This document shows positions 1-13,698 of a stretch of 64,000 bases of DNA, piece by piece; within the stretch, counting starts at the first letter, position 1, and every line of letters starts with the position of its first letter. This DNA comes from Iphione sp. A-MEVVRFRX5 (taxonomy: Eukaryota). Where the stretch lies: contig OZ320323.1 in assembly GCA_976226885.1 (NCBI GenBank), positions 52,514,001 to 52,578,000 on the forward strand, written 5' to 3'. A program made the translations under genes and the position numbers. Below the pieces are notes generated by a model, which did no database searches, was not told the DNA's origin, and saw only the letters and a list, made by a program, of their open reading frames with translations.

Positions 1-863
1 CAATTTTAATTAGATTGCATGAACTTAGCGGTGAAATGGGATATTTTACTGTTGTACACTGGTGTCTAGCATAGATATGTGCATAAGTAATCTTACATAT
101 CCCATTCAGCAATCAGTTTTAAAAGCAGAGCAGATTAAAATCAACAGGATGTGGAAGAAGAATTTAGAGCCTAGTAGAACCCCAAACCACAACCGCGGGA
201 AGGAGAGGAGGGCAGCTAGACTCCAGTCTCCACCGACCAACCAAGGACGATGGTGATGAACCCGACAGCGCTTTCAGCGGTCTTTCAGAAAACATATTTT
301 TCAAATAAGATGGCATTTCCACAAAAGATCAAGTATGGCAATATATGGAAAACCGCAAGCTTGAAGAGAGCATAGATACCCAAGTAAATATGCAAAGGAA
401 GTCCTCTATTCTTAAATAGGTCAAGTTCTTTCTTTGTACAGTGACCAAAATGCCAAGGCATTTGTTCTGTTTTTGTTTTCTATTCAGGACAGCTGTTTGT
501 AAACAATGAGAGGGTTATCCGACCCTGTTGTGAATGTAAACCAGTATTGTTCAATTTACCCTTTTATAATAATGCAAGTGGTATGGTTGGAGGTGCAGTA
601 CATGTATGTGAAAAATATATACAGTACATATAATTATACAAGTATGATGTTTACAATGAGAAGTGTGAGGTGTATAAGTAAATTGACCTGTCCTATGGGC
701 ATCAAAAGTACACATTTTCATTTGTTCGATATACCAAAGTCGCACACCTTTCTGAGTCTGACTCAAGCAACTCTGTAGTTCTCCTGAGCATATTTCTACA
801 GTGTTTTATTTCAACCTGCTTTTTTAACTTTGTGGCCAAGCAGGATGCCTAGTCGGTTCTTAC

Positions 864-1814
864 CTGAACTGAGGCACATACAACGACGACGCCTGAATTC
901 TTGATGAGCGTCAGCACCTCCGACTTGTATTCCTGAAAAAAAAACAACTGGCATATTCACTGCCTCAGTTAAAACATATTTCTATTCTTCCTTTCCTGCA
1001 TATGCACTGCGGAAATAAAACATGCTTGGTTTGCTTAAAGCTTTTTGTTTACCTTTTTGACGCGTCTCATTGAAGAACATGTACATGTATCATTTTTTTG
1101 CCTTATCGACAAATACACTGTGTATCACGTGCATCAATTTCAGCCTGTTTTCCTTTTTAGCACTGCTGGTTGCACTTACCGTACCACCCTTTTTTTCTTT
1201 ATCAGTCCAAGTTGTTTTCTTTGATGAAACTTCGTCTTTTAAAAACTCGTAGACGTTCAGAGGATCAACTGCGAGGTCTAATGTCTCGTCGTTCCTCTCT
1301 GTCTCCGAGTCCATGAAGTGGTAGCTGACGTAGCAATGCTGCTTGTCATGTAGCTAAAAGTGGGTAACCGAGAAAGAAAATCAGTTCTGAAAATTTTCAA
1401 ATACAGTGGAAGGTCTGCAATCAGGACACCCTTTGCTCTTTCCCATACTCTCCCTAAAACGCAACGTATCCACATCAGAGACTTCTTTTAGTATATAGAT
1501 AAGACAATCTAATCTTCTTAAAATCGAATTCTGAAACGACCAGGTTATGTTAACAAAAATTCAATTAGCAATCTATTTTTTTAGAGTTGGACAGCATCAA
1601 CGCTAAGAAATCTAGCACCTGGGATCACCTTTCAACAGAAATACATTGAAACAGGCACACTGAACATTTACAAAGGTTCACTACCAGCCAACTTACATGC
1701 GGATTGACAGCGACAAATAAGTTGTGGTCCTCGTCCGTGAGGAAGGGATGTTTCTCCATGTCATCACTTTTCTCGATACCATATCTAATGATATCACCAG
1801 TCTGGCAGGTTACA
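864..1814 (-). CDS. TIR-like domain exons of the minus-strand gene
   Basis: Exons 1697-1814, 1180-1353 and 864-932 have strong sites (gtaagt/gtaaga donors, pyrimidine-tract acceptors). They give HCYVSYHF...VYEFLKDEVSSKKTTWTDKEKKGGT|EYKSEVLTLIKNSGVVVVCASVQ, which follows the TIR pattern FISY...L...W.D...G...I..S..vivv.S. Confidence 0.65.
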
Positions 1815-4800
1815 CTGCAGAAGAAAGAGGATTACCTTATCACGTGCCTAGCCCAGTAGGGTAGCCATACGGAACAAGGACCGTCATTCCTCCAGAAATT
1901 ATCACATCCACCATCATTTGAAGACCGAATTAGGGCGAGACTCTTTGACTCTTACAAAAGCTGTTAATTGTTTTTCACTTACAGTAGCTGATTACACCAA
2001 AACGCCTGCTTCACACATAGATACTATCCCAAAGATGTGCCTAGCTTATCATGTGCACTTGCGTAATTAACAAACACCACTGAGATTTACCAACACTGAA
2101 TACAAACAATGAAACACTGAAAAGCATACAAAACATATCTGATGGTGGTTTTATAATCTGGATCATTGTCTTCTTGGTTGCGGCTGGTGAAGGTACGAGT
2201 GCTGCAGTCCAATCTTCGGACTTTCTACTCCGAAAATAGAGATCTATGGTTGCCCCCCCCCAAACTGAGAAAAACTGATGGTCTAGGTTCCCTCAACGGC
2301 AGTCAAGTCATATTTCAGTGGTCTCAATGTAAGACTATCAACATGGAAATTCACTTAATCTTAATTGTTTCTTCAGCTACAATCGTCATAGTTATAGAGT
2401 GTCAACTGTCCCTGGTACGTGATAGCTCGACCCAAAGAAATAATATATTATTGCAGTCCGGGAGCCAAGTGAGGGGCACAGGGTTGAGGGGCGGTGGAAC
2501 GGTGTTGTTGTGTGGAGTGGTTCTTGGTGTTGTATATAAGTTGCGTTTTGTAGTGGAGTCGCCCGTTGCCAATTGTACTTGTTTCAGCAATAAATCTCTC
2601 GTCTTGAACTCAGCCTGGTCTGGAGTTTTCAATGACAGAGGCTAACAATAGATTTGATTTGAAGACAGGGCCAAATTCCTGTCTCTTTTGTGTGAAAAAG
2701 AAAATATGTGACAGCAGCATTCCTAAAGGCCCTTTTGTCACTAGAAAGACCAATGAGTGAATGATGTAGGAGCCACTCACCTGGTTTCTCCTTCTCCAGA
2801 TTCCATACGCACAAGCCCCATTTTAAGTTGATATTTTACACCAGGCACACCCTCCAACTCAAATTCCACATAAGGATTTGCTGCACTGAATGGAAAGTTG
2901 AACAGAGCAACTGCAATGTTTAGCTCGTCGTCTGAGCTCTCACCGAGCAGTGCCTGAAAACTCGATAAGATGTCGACGAATCTGCAAAGAAAAATTAATC
3001 CTTAACATGGCTGGCATATGTGCAAATATTATCAAAAGATTATTAAAATAAGTAGATTACATGAATTTACCAGTGAAATGTGGTCATGACAATGTTCCAG
3101 AGGGCAGACACAGGTGTCTCAGCAATTGTCTGCGGTATGTACAGGAAAAGAGAAACCTAGGAGACTGATGGAAACTAATCACCCAAAGGGAAGAAAAGGC
3201 AGATAGTTAGACACTTGTGTCTGCCCTCTGGTACAAAGTCATAATCACATTTCACTGGTTAGTTCGTGTAATCAATCTACTAAATTTAGTACCAGAGGCA
3301 GATACCAGGTGTCTGGAGGTAGATCTAGTTGATGAACAGAAAAGACACAATGCCAACCAGAAAATGAAATAAACACAGCATCGTCTTGATTACCTCTCAG
3401 AGGTGCAGTCCTAGCAATGTATTCCTTCATACATTTGACCACACAAATATGTGATTGAGCTTCTAAAAAAAAAAGTTTGCATCCTATTTACAGCCAAAAG
3501 AAAAAAACATATTGCACATCAATGTCAACTTCTTAAGAGACAAGGGTGATAAAGGCATCTAAAGCGTAAGGAAACCTGATACCTTAAAGACATTCCAGGT
3601 ATAGTCAACCCTAGCTACAGGAGGTCTAATGTTGAAAAAACCAGCAAGCAACCTAACAACATCTGGATGCTTACTAAATGCAAGTCCTCCTGATAAAGGA
3701 AGGACATCAGATGAAGCATCTCTAACAGTGTTCTGAGCACTGTATCTAATTCTATTATTAGACAAATTTGTAACGAAGTGCATGCTGTCTCCACAGAAAG
3801 GGTCCATCATAAATCATGAATCATGAATCATAAATCAACCTTGTCTTACACCTCCAGAAGCACAATATATTGACTTTCCCAAAGTAGACAAAACAATTAT
3901 CAATGAAAACTGCATTCAATAAAGGAGGGCCATAAACTTTATAGCTCCTGGGTTTGAGGGACTGTCGAGATGATTTACGATGTTGTACTAAGACTTTTTG
4001 AACTTTGACTTTTTGAACATGAGAGGGACTGAGAGGCTATCTACAGCAGTCTGCTGAACCAGGCCCTGTGAGGCCAGGCAGGAACTATACCAGAGCTAAC
4101 TGCAGTTTGTACTGGACCTGGGAATCAGACAAAACTGGTGCACAAATGTAAGGACACTGAAAACTTCACCAGTCCTGAGCATCTACAAAGATATCTTTAC
4201 GACCTGGACACCAACTGGAAAACCTAGGGACCTTACAATTAAACCTAGAAGCACACAAATCACATCAAGAGGTATCCCAAGAGTCCACCACTGCCCTGAA
4301 AATAAATGCTTAATATTATCTTGAAAATGTCTTGAAGCAAAATCAGCTTGCATCTTTAAGACCCTAAAAAATGATAAGTTGAAATGAAAACATTCCTGAA
4401 TTTAAAAAAAAAAACTCGTTAACAAAGCATATGGCAGTGGTGTTGTCATACAGCAGCTTAATGTGAAATCTGTTCTTACCAGCAAATGCCTCAGGGCATC
4501 TTCAGGCCCACCGTCCCATGGGGAGTGCGTTCAGGCATCTCCAGTCTTTACTGGCTTAAATCCCGATCCCAAACAGATGCCATAAAACACTCCTCAGAAC
4601 AGAGAGAGAGAACAGTTTCCACAGTTTCAATCAGAAAATACTGAATAACTTTCTTCAGTTACGAAAGACCTAATATTTTTTGGAAAGACACATTGAAAAT
4701 AGACCTCAAAAACATATTGGCACTGAGAATTAAGCAATAAAAGATACCTTGTGAGACCTCAACATCAGAGGTTAAAGTAGTCCATTACTTTCTAAACTAG

Positions 4801-7800
4801 ACTAGATTTCCAGCCGAAGAATTACTTGGACCTGACGCTGAGAACTCTTCTGATGAAGCTTCTATTGAACAACCATCACGTCAGGATGCTGACACTGCTG
4901 GAAAGGTATCTGATAATGATTCTATCTCTGAAGAGCTACTCTGGATTGATATTGGAACCTTTTGTTCATTGTGGGGTTTTATGAACTTGAAGATGACTGC
5001 CACTTCATAAATTCCATCTGGCTTTGGAGACATGAGTTATCGTGCAAAACACTGCTTATGGTGATGATAAAATGCATCATTAGTAATAATATTCTTAAAG
5101 AGGCTGTGTATTGTAAAGTGTACAGATATAAGTACCTATATAAAAGTCGTGTACAATGTACTCAACCGAAACAAAAACAAAATTTTCACAAGTACTTGTG
5201 TATATGGTAAACAGCATCTACATGATTTCCACTTGGTAAAACAACTTGTTTCTTGGTATTGTGACTAGTTCTCACATTGTACAACTAAGTATGTTTATCA
5301 TCTGAATCTAATGAGGTACCCTGGATATGTAGTGCTGTGACATCACCAGATACAAAACCAACAGATGACTACTGTTTGAATATTTGTAATTAATTACTGT
5401 TTTCCAAACTGCCTGATGTTGCAAAGTTGAGTATTTAAATGAGTTGTTTTGATGCTCATACTATTGGACTTGCCACTGCTGACCAATAACGTGCTGTACT
5501 CATTTTAAGAATAAAGGCTGAAGAATCAAACCTACTGGAGTGGTATGCACTTTGTTGTTACAAACTTTTATAATCTCTTTACCTACTTTCAACAAATTAT
5601 TACTTAATAATGTCATCTGACACAAGCTTCCTGAAGTGCAAAGCCGATACAACCTCTTCCCTCCTGATCTTGATGAGGGATTGGATAGCTCCCCCATTCA
5701 AGGCTACTATGTCCGACTGCTTCCGCTAACTAGACTCACAGGGCTCACTTGCACATGCCACTTGAAAAGACACAGGACCTGCCACCTTCAAAGTCAAAGT
5801 GGCAATCAAAGCAACCTTAATGTCATGGCAGACCTCTCCTTCCCTGGCTACTTTCTTTCATGAGAGACCTCCTATACCAATATTGAAAGCTTCAGAGTTA
5901 GATGCCTCCTGTGGATCTGCACAAGAAAGTCAGCCTGTAATGGCTGCAGAACGTTTGCAGCTGAATAAATCACTCCTTTGGTTAATTGAAGCCTGACCTT
6001 GCTATCCACGTCTATGGAGAAACCTAACGAACTGGCTCCAACGACGTTGAAACTGGCCAACAAATTTGACAGCATATTTTGCAGTAGGGAAGTGAAACCT
6101 TCTTTCAGGTTTTGAGAAAGCACTAGCATAAATTGTTGCTGCAAGTTCAATTGTTCCGTATTTAAATCATAAGCTGCAAAAAAAATATAAAGATCCCTTA
6201 CAGGGACGTTCATGAAAGCTGATAAAACAGCAAAAAGGTGTCAACAACTTTGATTGGCAAAATAAGTACGAGTTAACATAATGACACTACGGAAACATTC
6301 CAACATCAGTATAACTAACAACACTGCAGGCATAACAACCGCACTGGTCAATACAGTTGCACTATCAGGAGGTGATCTAATACGCTCTGATTACACCAGG
6401 GAGAAACACTGCTACTGTCCAAGAGGAGCTAAGCCCAGGCGTCAATCATCTTAATGAGTCTGCTACTGAACAATTAGAAAACAGCTTAGTTTTCTCCTAT
6501 CACACCAGGGAGAAACAACTCGCTGAATGAGCTCAATTGGTTAATGCTATGGGTTGATGCACTGATCCAAATATAGTCCTTAGCCTCCTTTACAGCGTGG
6601 TGCTTGCACCCCCAGGGATTCAACAGGTACCAACAACTCTGCAGGCTACACAGCAGGGCCCTCCAAAGAGGTTCACTCCTCGCCAGCCTAAATTGCCTCA
6701 ATGACGACCTTTTAGCAGGGCTCCACAGAGGGCAGTTGCAAGTCATCCTGGAAGAGATAATCTGTTAGAGGAAGCGATGAGCATATCATCTCCTGGGTCT
6801 CTCACTGAATCAACCTGACGAAAACATTTGTCTATGAGACGACCGGTTAGAGGACATGGTGGCATTTGTCTATGAGATGACCGGTTAGAGGACATGGTGA
6901 CATTTGTCTATGAGACGACCGGTTAAAGGACATGGCGACATTTGTCTATGAGATGACCAGATAGAGGACATGGTGACATTTGTCTATGAGACGACCGGTT
7001 AGAGGACATGGTGACATTTGTCTATGAGATGACCAGATAGAGGACATGGTGACATTTGTCTATGAGATGACCAGATAGAGGACATGGTGACATTTGTCTA
7101 TGAGACGACCGGTTAGAGGACATGGTGACATTTGTATATGAGACGACCGGTTAGAGGACATGGTGACATTTGTATATGAGACGACCGGTTAGAGGACATG
7201 GTGGCATTTGTCTATGAGATGATCAGATAGAGGTACATGGTGACGTTATTGCCTCTGGCACCTACTCTCCCAGTCGTTCAAGTACATGCCCGATATTAGA
7301 GGAACGCTACAAAAAGAAAATCCAAAGAAATGCAATACAATCACCCTATTCCAAGAAATATCCAATAGCATCGGAATATGGTGGCTTTGGTACAAGCCTT
7401 GCCACCGAAACAGCTGAACTGAAAGTGAAGTCCTATGTCTATAGTAATCTGCATCTCTATTCATAATGAAAAAATGATGAGAAAATTACAAAATCCAAAA
7501 TGACAAAGTTATAAAACTTCTGAGGCAGTTGCCTCTGACTACACGTTCTTTGAGGATGTTAGAACGTCTGTATATAGATTGGCTCTGGAAGAACAAGAAA
7601 CAACGAAGAAACGATACTCACAGCAGTCTTCCTTCTGAGGCATCCCAGAACGAACTCATCAGTAACATTGGTTGATAGTTTACACCGATACTGGCAGACG
7701 GCTGCAGAAACTCGTCAGTCTGACATTGAAACAAGTAACGATGCATGAGAAACATGGAGCAGCAACTGGTTTGCTGACACATGACATTAGAAATAACAAA

Positions 7801-10800
7801 TGAATACACGTACTGGTTGTATAATATCTAGAGCTTTACTTGACAGTACACACCCACACTGGCAGAAGGCTGCAGCAAACTGTGAGTCTGAATCATTGAC
7901 GCAAGTAATGATGAATGAGAAATATGGAGCAGCAACTGGTTCTTCTCTGTCCATACAACCATCGGAGTTATTACACTGTGTCTCAATAACCTGTGGTGTA
8001 TACACATAGCATACACAGCTCTATACGTTTCATCCACAGTGGTTAATTCCGTATTTACGTAGGAACACCAGAGCTGTTATCCATTTTGACCGTGATACAA
8101 AGACAGCAGTCGATTTGTACTATAACTGTGGTTTCCCTAATCAAGGTGTGGTGGTAAAATACGTTACTGAAGTGATACTGTATGGTGTGCAGCATAATAC
8201 TTACATTACTGAGGTGATACTGCATGGTGTGCAGTATGTGCTCCACATTCTTCTCCTTCTGATACTCAAGGTTGACAGGAATGAGCACTTGTTGAGCCTC
8301 CGCTGGTTTAAGGATCGTGTTCACTGGCTGTAAAAATCGTTAAAAAAACTCCCAGAATAAACAGATGCCGGTAACATGTCGCATCAATGTAACTCTAGAT
8401 CACCAATGCAACATTGATCAGAAAATCTGGTGGTGAAATAAAGAGGGGAATACTGTTAAAGGTGGTCTAGATGTGAGTACTCAGCACGAGTACTCTATGT
8501 GGACCACTCAGGGAAAGTACTCTAGATGGACACCTAAGGGTGAGTACTCTAGAGATTTTAGTCTAGATGTGAGTACTCAGCATGAGTACTCTAGATGGAC
8601 TACTCAGGGCGAGTACTCTAGTTAGACCACTCAAGGTGAGTACTCTAGTTGGATCACTCAGGGTGACTATATTTAGCAGGGACTCTTTCATCAACATCGA
8701 TGGATATGACCCTCAGCATGGGCAAAATATTGTTGTATTATGCTTCATACAGACTAGACTGTTTTTTTTTTCATTTCAGAGGGGATTTATTCTCATTTCA
8801 TTGTAGTCTGTAGAGACTCGTGTTCAAGAGGGACCGAATCTGTTACTATGTTCCATCGAGACTTGTCTTCAAGGACGGATGCCTCTTTAAGTACGGTCTG
8901 TACAGGCTAAGTTAAGAAGATGCAGAGTCTTTTGTTATAGTCGGTAAGGGCTATCTTCAGGTAGAGTTGCCGCTTTTCTTATGGGCCCTGTCTGTAGGAG
9001 GGGTCTAGCTGTTATTTATTATAAGACTCCCCTCAGCATAGCATAGTTAATTAGATTACTAAACTTACTAGTGAGATGTAGTCATAGCGTTGCACCAGGG
9101 TGTGGACATAGATGTCTGAGATACAGTACAGGTGGCACCACTGCAGCTCACTTTCAGTTCAGCAGTCACTGTATAGGACCATACTGTATCTCAGGTAGAC
9201 ACCTGGTGTCCACCCCTGTTACTAAAGATCGAACTACATTTATTATCATATCCAACTAGTACGCGTGGTAAATTACACTAAAGGATCATTTTGTACCATA
9301 TTATTTTTAGAGCTGCTTAAAGGCATTCATGATCATTAAATTATGCTTCATGAAAAAGGCAACTTATACAATGTTATAAAATCCAAACTTCTCTAAATGC
9401 CTAAAAACGTCCATTGGGCCCTCACTGACTTAACATTTATGATGCAAAGAACTCCAATCTGCCTTACATGATCTACCGGAGCTTCATAGAGACCAAAGTC
9501 GATGAATTCGTTTTTCCATGACGTCACGTGAGAAATACCCCCACTGTCTTCCTTGATGTTCTTGGTGAGCAGTGACGTCATGCTATATTTGACGTCAGGG
9601 CTCCGATGAATTGCAACACGCGCCAGAACCCCATCTATTCGCCCTTGATCTGAAAAGTTTGGAAAGAAATGGATAAGTCCAGATGGCAATCCTGTATGGT
9701 AAAAAAAAACGAAACGACACAAAAAATAGGCTGATTTAGAAGAAAACTGTGTTAGCTAGATGACACAAGGCGCACCCAAGAGGTACTATAAGCATGCCCC
9801 CCGCCCCACTTCATGCTTAATTGCACCTTCCTTGGTCAACCTTGTGTGATTGTGTGTGTGAGTAAGTGCATTGTCACACCTAGAAATCTGCAAAGAAGAT
9901 ATATGTGTTTGTGGGTGTGTTAGCAGGAGAGTGAATTGACATAATTTCACCTATAGAATCCTTAAATTACTACTAAAATTACCCGGCCAGTTCCATGAGT
10001 CCATATACATCATTATCATATATCAAAATCAGTCCATTTGACTAATGTGTTAGAGAATTAGAAAAACCCACCAGAATATGATGGAAGGTTGGATAGTCAG
10101 CAGTATTCTCAATGTCCCCCCACCTCTGTATAAGGGAGAGTACAATAATATTGTTTTGCGGAGCAGTAACATACTCTGCACTGAGTTTCTCAGCATGCTC
10201 AGCATGTAAGTTTACTCCTCAAATTAGCTCCACACATTATGACTGTATGTATAAAAGCAAGTGTGTACGGAGTTAAGTTCAGTTGTGTTCTTACCTCTCA
10301 GGAATAAACATCTAAACTTTACGTGGGAGTTTGCCTCCAGTATGTTAAGGTCTGGCCATAACAATATTATGAACAAGCACGGCACCGAGGAATAGACAGA
10401 ATAATACAATCAATGATGAGTACAAGGGCAAAAGCCAAAGGGTTTGAAACCAGTCAATGGTCAGCACAGGGCACACACACCGACCATTGTCTGGCATTGT
10501 TCTTAGAGCAACCAGCACAGACAGGGAAGTCTTGGCATTGGTACCAAGTTTACACTACTGGATGCCTCAATTAGGCGCTTTTTGCAGATCATAAGGCCTA
10601 GAAAAGGAATATGTTTCCAGTAACCCGATCGACCCTATATTTTAGCCATTTGTAACTTTTTATTTTTTTTATTGTTTTGTTTATAACTTAACAATGAATG
10701 ATGGTAGAGACATATGCAATTTACCATTTTGTTGCTTACATTACTAGCTTTATTTGCTAAATTCATTCAAATCTAGGCAGTAGAAATTATGATACCATGT

Positions 10801-13656
10801 ACATTTGTTTCTTTGAGTATGAACTATCATAGAAAAAAAACCTCCAATTTTTCAGCATATTGCTGGAAACACAGAACTATTTTCTAGGCCTAAAGCATAA
10901 GGCATATGAACCGTTGTTTATTAATTTATGAATTCTACCGATAAGCGAACACATACGCTGCCGTTTTGGGCAACCTGTTGTGAAAAAAATCCATTCTGGC
11001 AGTTTTCACAGTGTTTCCTTGCCTCAAGGATGGTTACCAATTGACAGCAGAAGACAGTTTAAAAGAGCTGGCCCAGGAGAGGCTGAATCGATTCTTGGTG
11101 ACAGTTTCTGTGGAAAACATCTTTATCCCCTCTTTTAATGGACTGGGATTACTCGCGCCCACTTTCCAGGAACCTACATAGACACCAGTGTCAATCATTT
11201 TATTTCACTCAGTATATTACATGAACGTACCAGTGAAATGTGAGCATGACTTTGTACCAGAAGGTGGACACAGGTGTCGAACTGAGAAGGTCCAGGTGGC
11301 GCAGCAGTCGTCCATACCACGGGCACTCACTTGCCTTCTCGGGAAGACACCTGCTGTCCACCTCTGGTATTAAAATCTGCGCATCTTAACATCTTAGCTT
11401 TGTAGGTAGACTCGATACTCTAGGATTTGTGAGACTTTATTCGCCTGATGGCGTTGATCACCTCAGTCAGTGTAATGGACGGATGCTGAACTAGAAGTAG
11501 CTGTGGGTATTGCTGTCTGCAGGGGCGTCACCTGGACTGGGTCTCAGGTAGACACCTGGTGTCTGTAACCAGTACTGAAGTTTCAGGCAAAGTTTCTAAT
11601 ATAATCGGCCGATAATGCGAGTTCACATCCTGTGTGGCCCAGCTCCCTCTGCGTATCAAGGGCTCCCCCTACTAGCCGAAGGCCCGGAGCCCCTCTGACC
11701 ACGATCAAGTCAGATGCCACCACACCAACCCATAAAAATACCCTCAGCACAGGAGGCCGAGCCCTGAACTGGCCTGCCTGATCCATGAAGGCCAGTGCTC
11801 ATCAAAACCACAACTTACCTCTAAAAAAAGTTTCTAATACCATGATTGGGGTAGATGACGGTGTCGAGCTCCTTGGTCGGGGCTGATACCCCCGGTCTGA
11901 AAAATCTTTATCGACTGCAGACAAACCTTGTGAGGGAGTGGCCACCCAGTCAAGGGCATTCCCCTCGGTAGCTAAATGAAGATGGGAGATGAGAGGCTGT
12001 CAGGCAGGTTTCCCACCAGGAGCACCCCACTGGTATAATTAGTGGCTTACATGAACTTACCAGTGAAATGAGACTTTGACTTTGTACCAGGATAAGGACC
12101 CAGGTGTCTAACTCAGATATAGCCCAGTGGCGCCAACACAGTCAGCCATCTAGCAGCACCTCGTGTAGTTCAGGGAGACACCTTGTGTCCGTTCCTGGTA
12201 CTAAAGCTGTAATGTTTAGGGGTTCTCTTATCTTGTCTATGTGCAGTTGTCTGTTGTTTCAAATCTTTTTCCGTGTCAAATCCATTGCGTTACTGAGTGG
12301 CCGGAAAAAAAGTGATTGAAAATTTTTGATTATTTCCAGGCAGAAATGCCGAGAATATTCTCCAGATGGAACATACAGGTTAGTGCAATGTACAGTCCTA
12401 CGCCTCATATGGGACACGTCTAGGATTGGGACATGCCTGAAAACGAGACACTTTTCAACAGAACTAAATTATTTCCTATGCAATTTAGTTAAGTGTGACG
12501 TTGTAATGTCGTTGTCCGGTACCTCCCACCTCATGCATATTAATTGGGGAGCTATACCAGAAAAAAAACATCCAATATGGCTACCACCAGCATGCAGGAA
12601 ATAAACACCACCTCTTTGCAACTATGTTTCTCAAGTCTTCATTCAATACACACAACACAACAGAGGTCTCTAGAGGAGACATTAGATTTAGGAAAGTGCC
12701 TGAAAAAGGACACCCAAATCAGTGGGTTTCCACAACGAATCGGCAGGTTTACACTACCAGAGGTGTTAGTGGAAGGGATATTGAAGGAATATTCATGGTC
12801 TAACCTGCTGGTAGAGGTGTTAGCGTGACCACTCACAAATCCATGCTCAAAGCGTTGGGAGGATGGAAGGACATAATTACCAACATAAGTACACGGTGGC
12901 CTTAGGCCACAATGTCTCATAGTAGAACGCGCCACTAAACGGGAGAGTTTGGCTGAGAACAGAGCGTGTTCTACTGTATATAGACGACTATGTTCCATCG
13001 TCCAACCCCAAACCAGGATAACAGGAAGATATGAAATCAATACAGTACCTTTCTGTGAATACCTGGCCAACAGAGGGCAGCCTTGTACTTCCGGAGATGC
13101 ATTCCAGAGGGCATCGGGAAGGGCAGACACACTGGTACCAAGGAGGAACAGGCGAGGCAGACTTGACATCTGCTGAAACGAGGCCGCTCCCAGGTCCGTC
13201 ACCTGAACGCAACCACTGAGGTGGATCTGAAACAGGGCGTCAGCTCACGGTTATAAGATCTCAATGGACTGAAGATATATCTTAACAGTCTGCAAGAGTT
13301 GCGAGAGAGAAGAAGCTGAGTTGATAAACTATGCAAATATAGTGAGAGAAGGGACCGAGCCCACCAGCATTATCCATCTAGATATACTGAAGAGTGTCTC
13401 TTAACGTATAGACAAGAACAGAGACAGAAACAGAGAGACAGATATGGAGAGACAGATAGGTGACAAAACGGACAGAAAGATGTATGAACGGACCGATCAC
13501 TAGATTACGTCATTATGACGTAAGATTACATTTGTCTGTGGGTAACAGGCAAGTAACCAGCGAGTAACCAGCAAAAGTTGACATGGCTATAACTTCCTTA
13601 TTACTTAAGCTAGCAAGACATGCTATGACACATCCTCTTTGTGGGTCGTCAGCTTT

Positions 13657-13698
<42 letters not shown>

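Noticed and set aside
2166-2645. 159-aa plus-strand ORF and overlapping 76-aa minus ORF
   Set aside because: They lie in the 2781>1814 intron of the gene model, do not fit its splice phases, and have no motif.
4760-5870. Possible very old piggyBac-like transposase remnant on +
   Set aside because: Only an acidic N-terminal-like stretch and vague motifs are present, with no catalytic motif, TIR or TTAA that I could verify.
6824-7244. 38-bp repeats as a CRISPR array
   Set aside because: The units are directly adjacent with no unique spacers, and the context is a eukaryotic intron with no cas genes.
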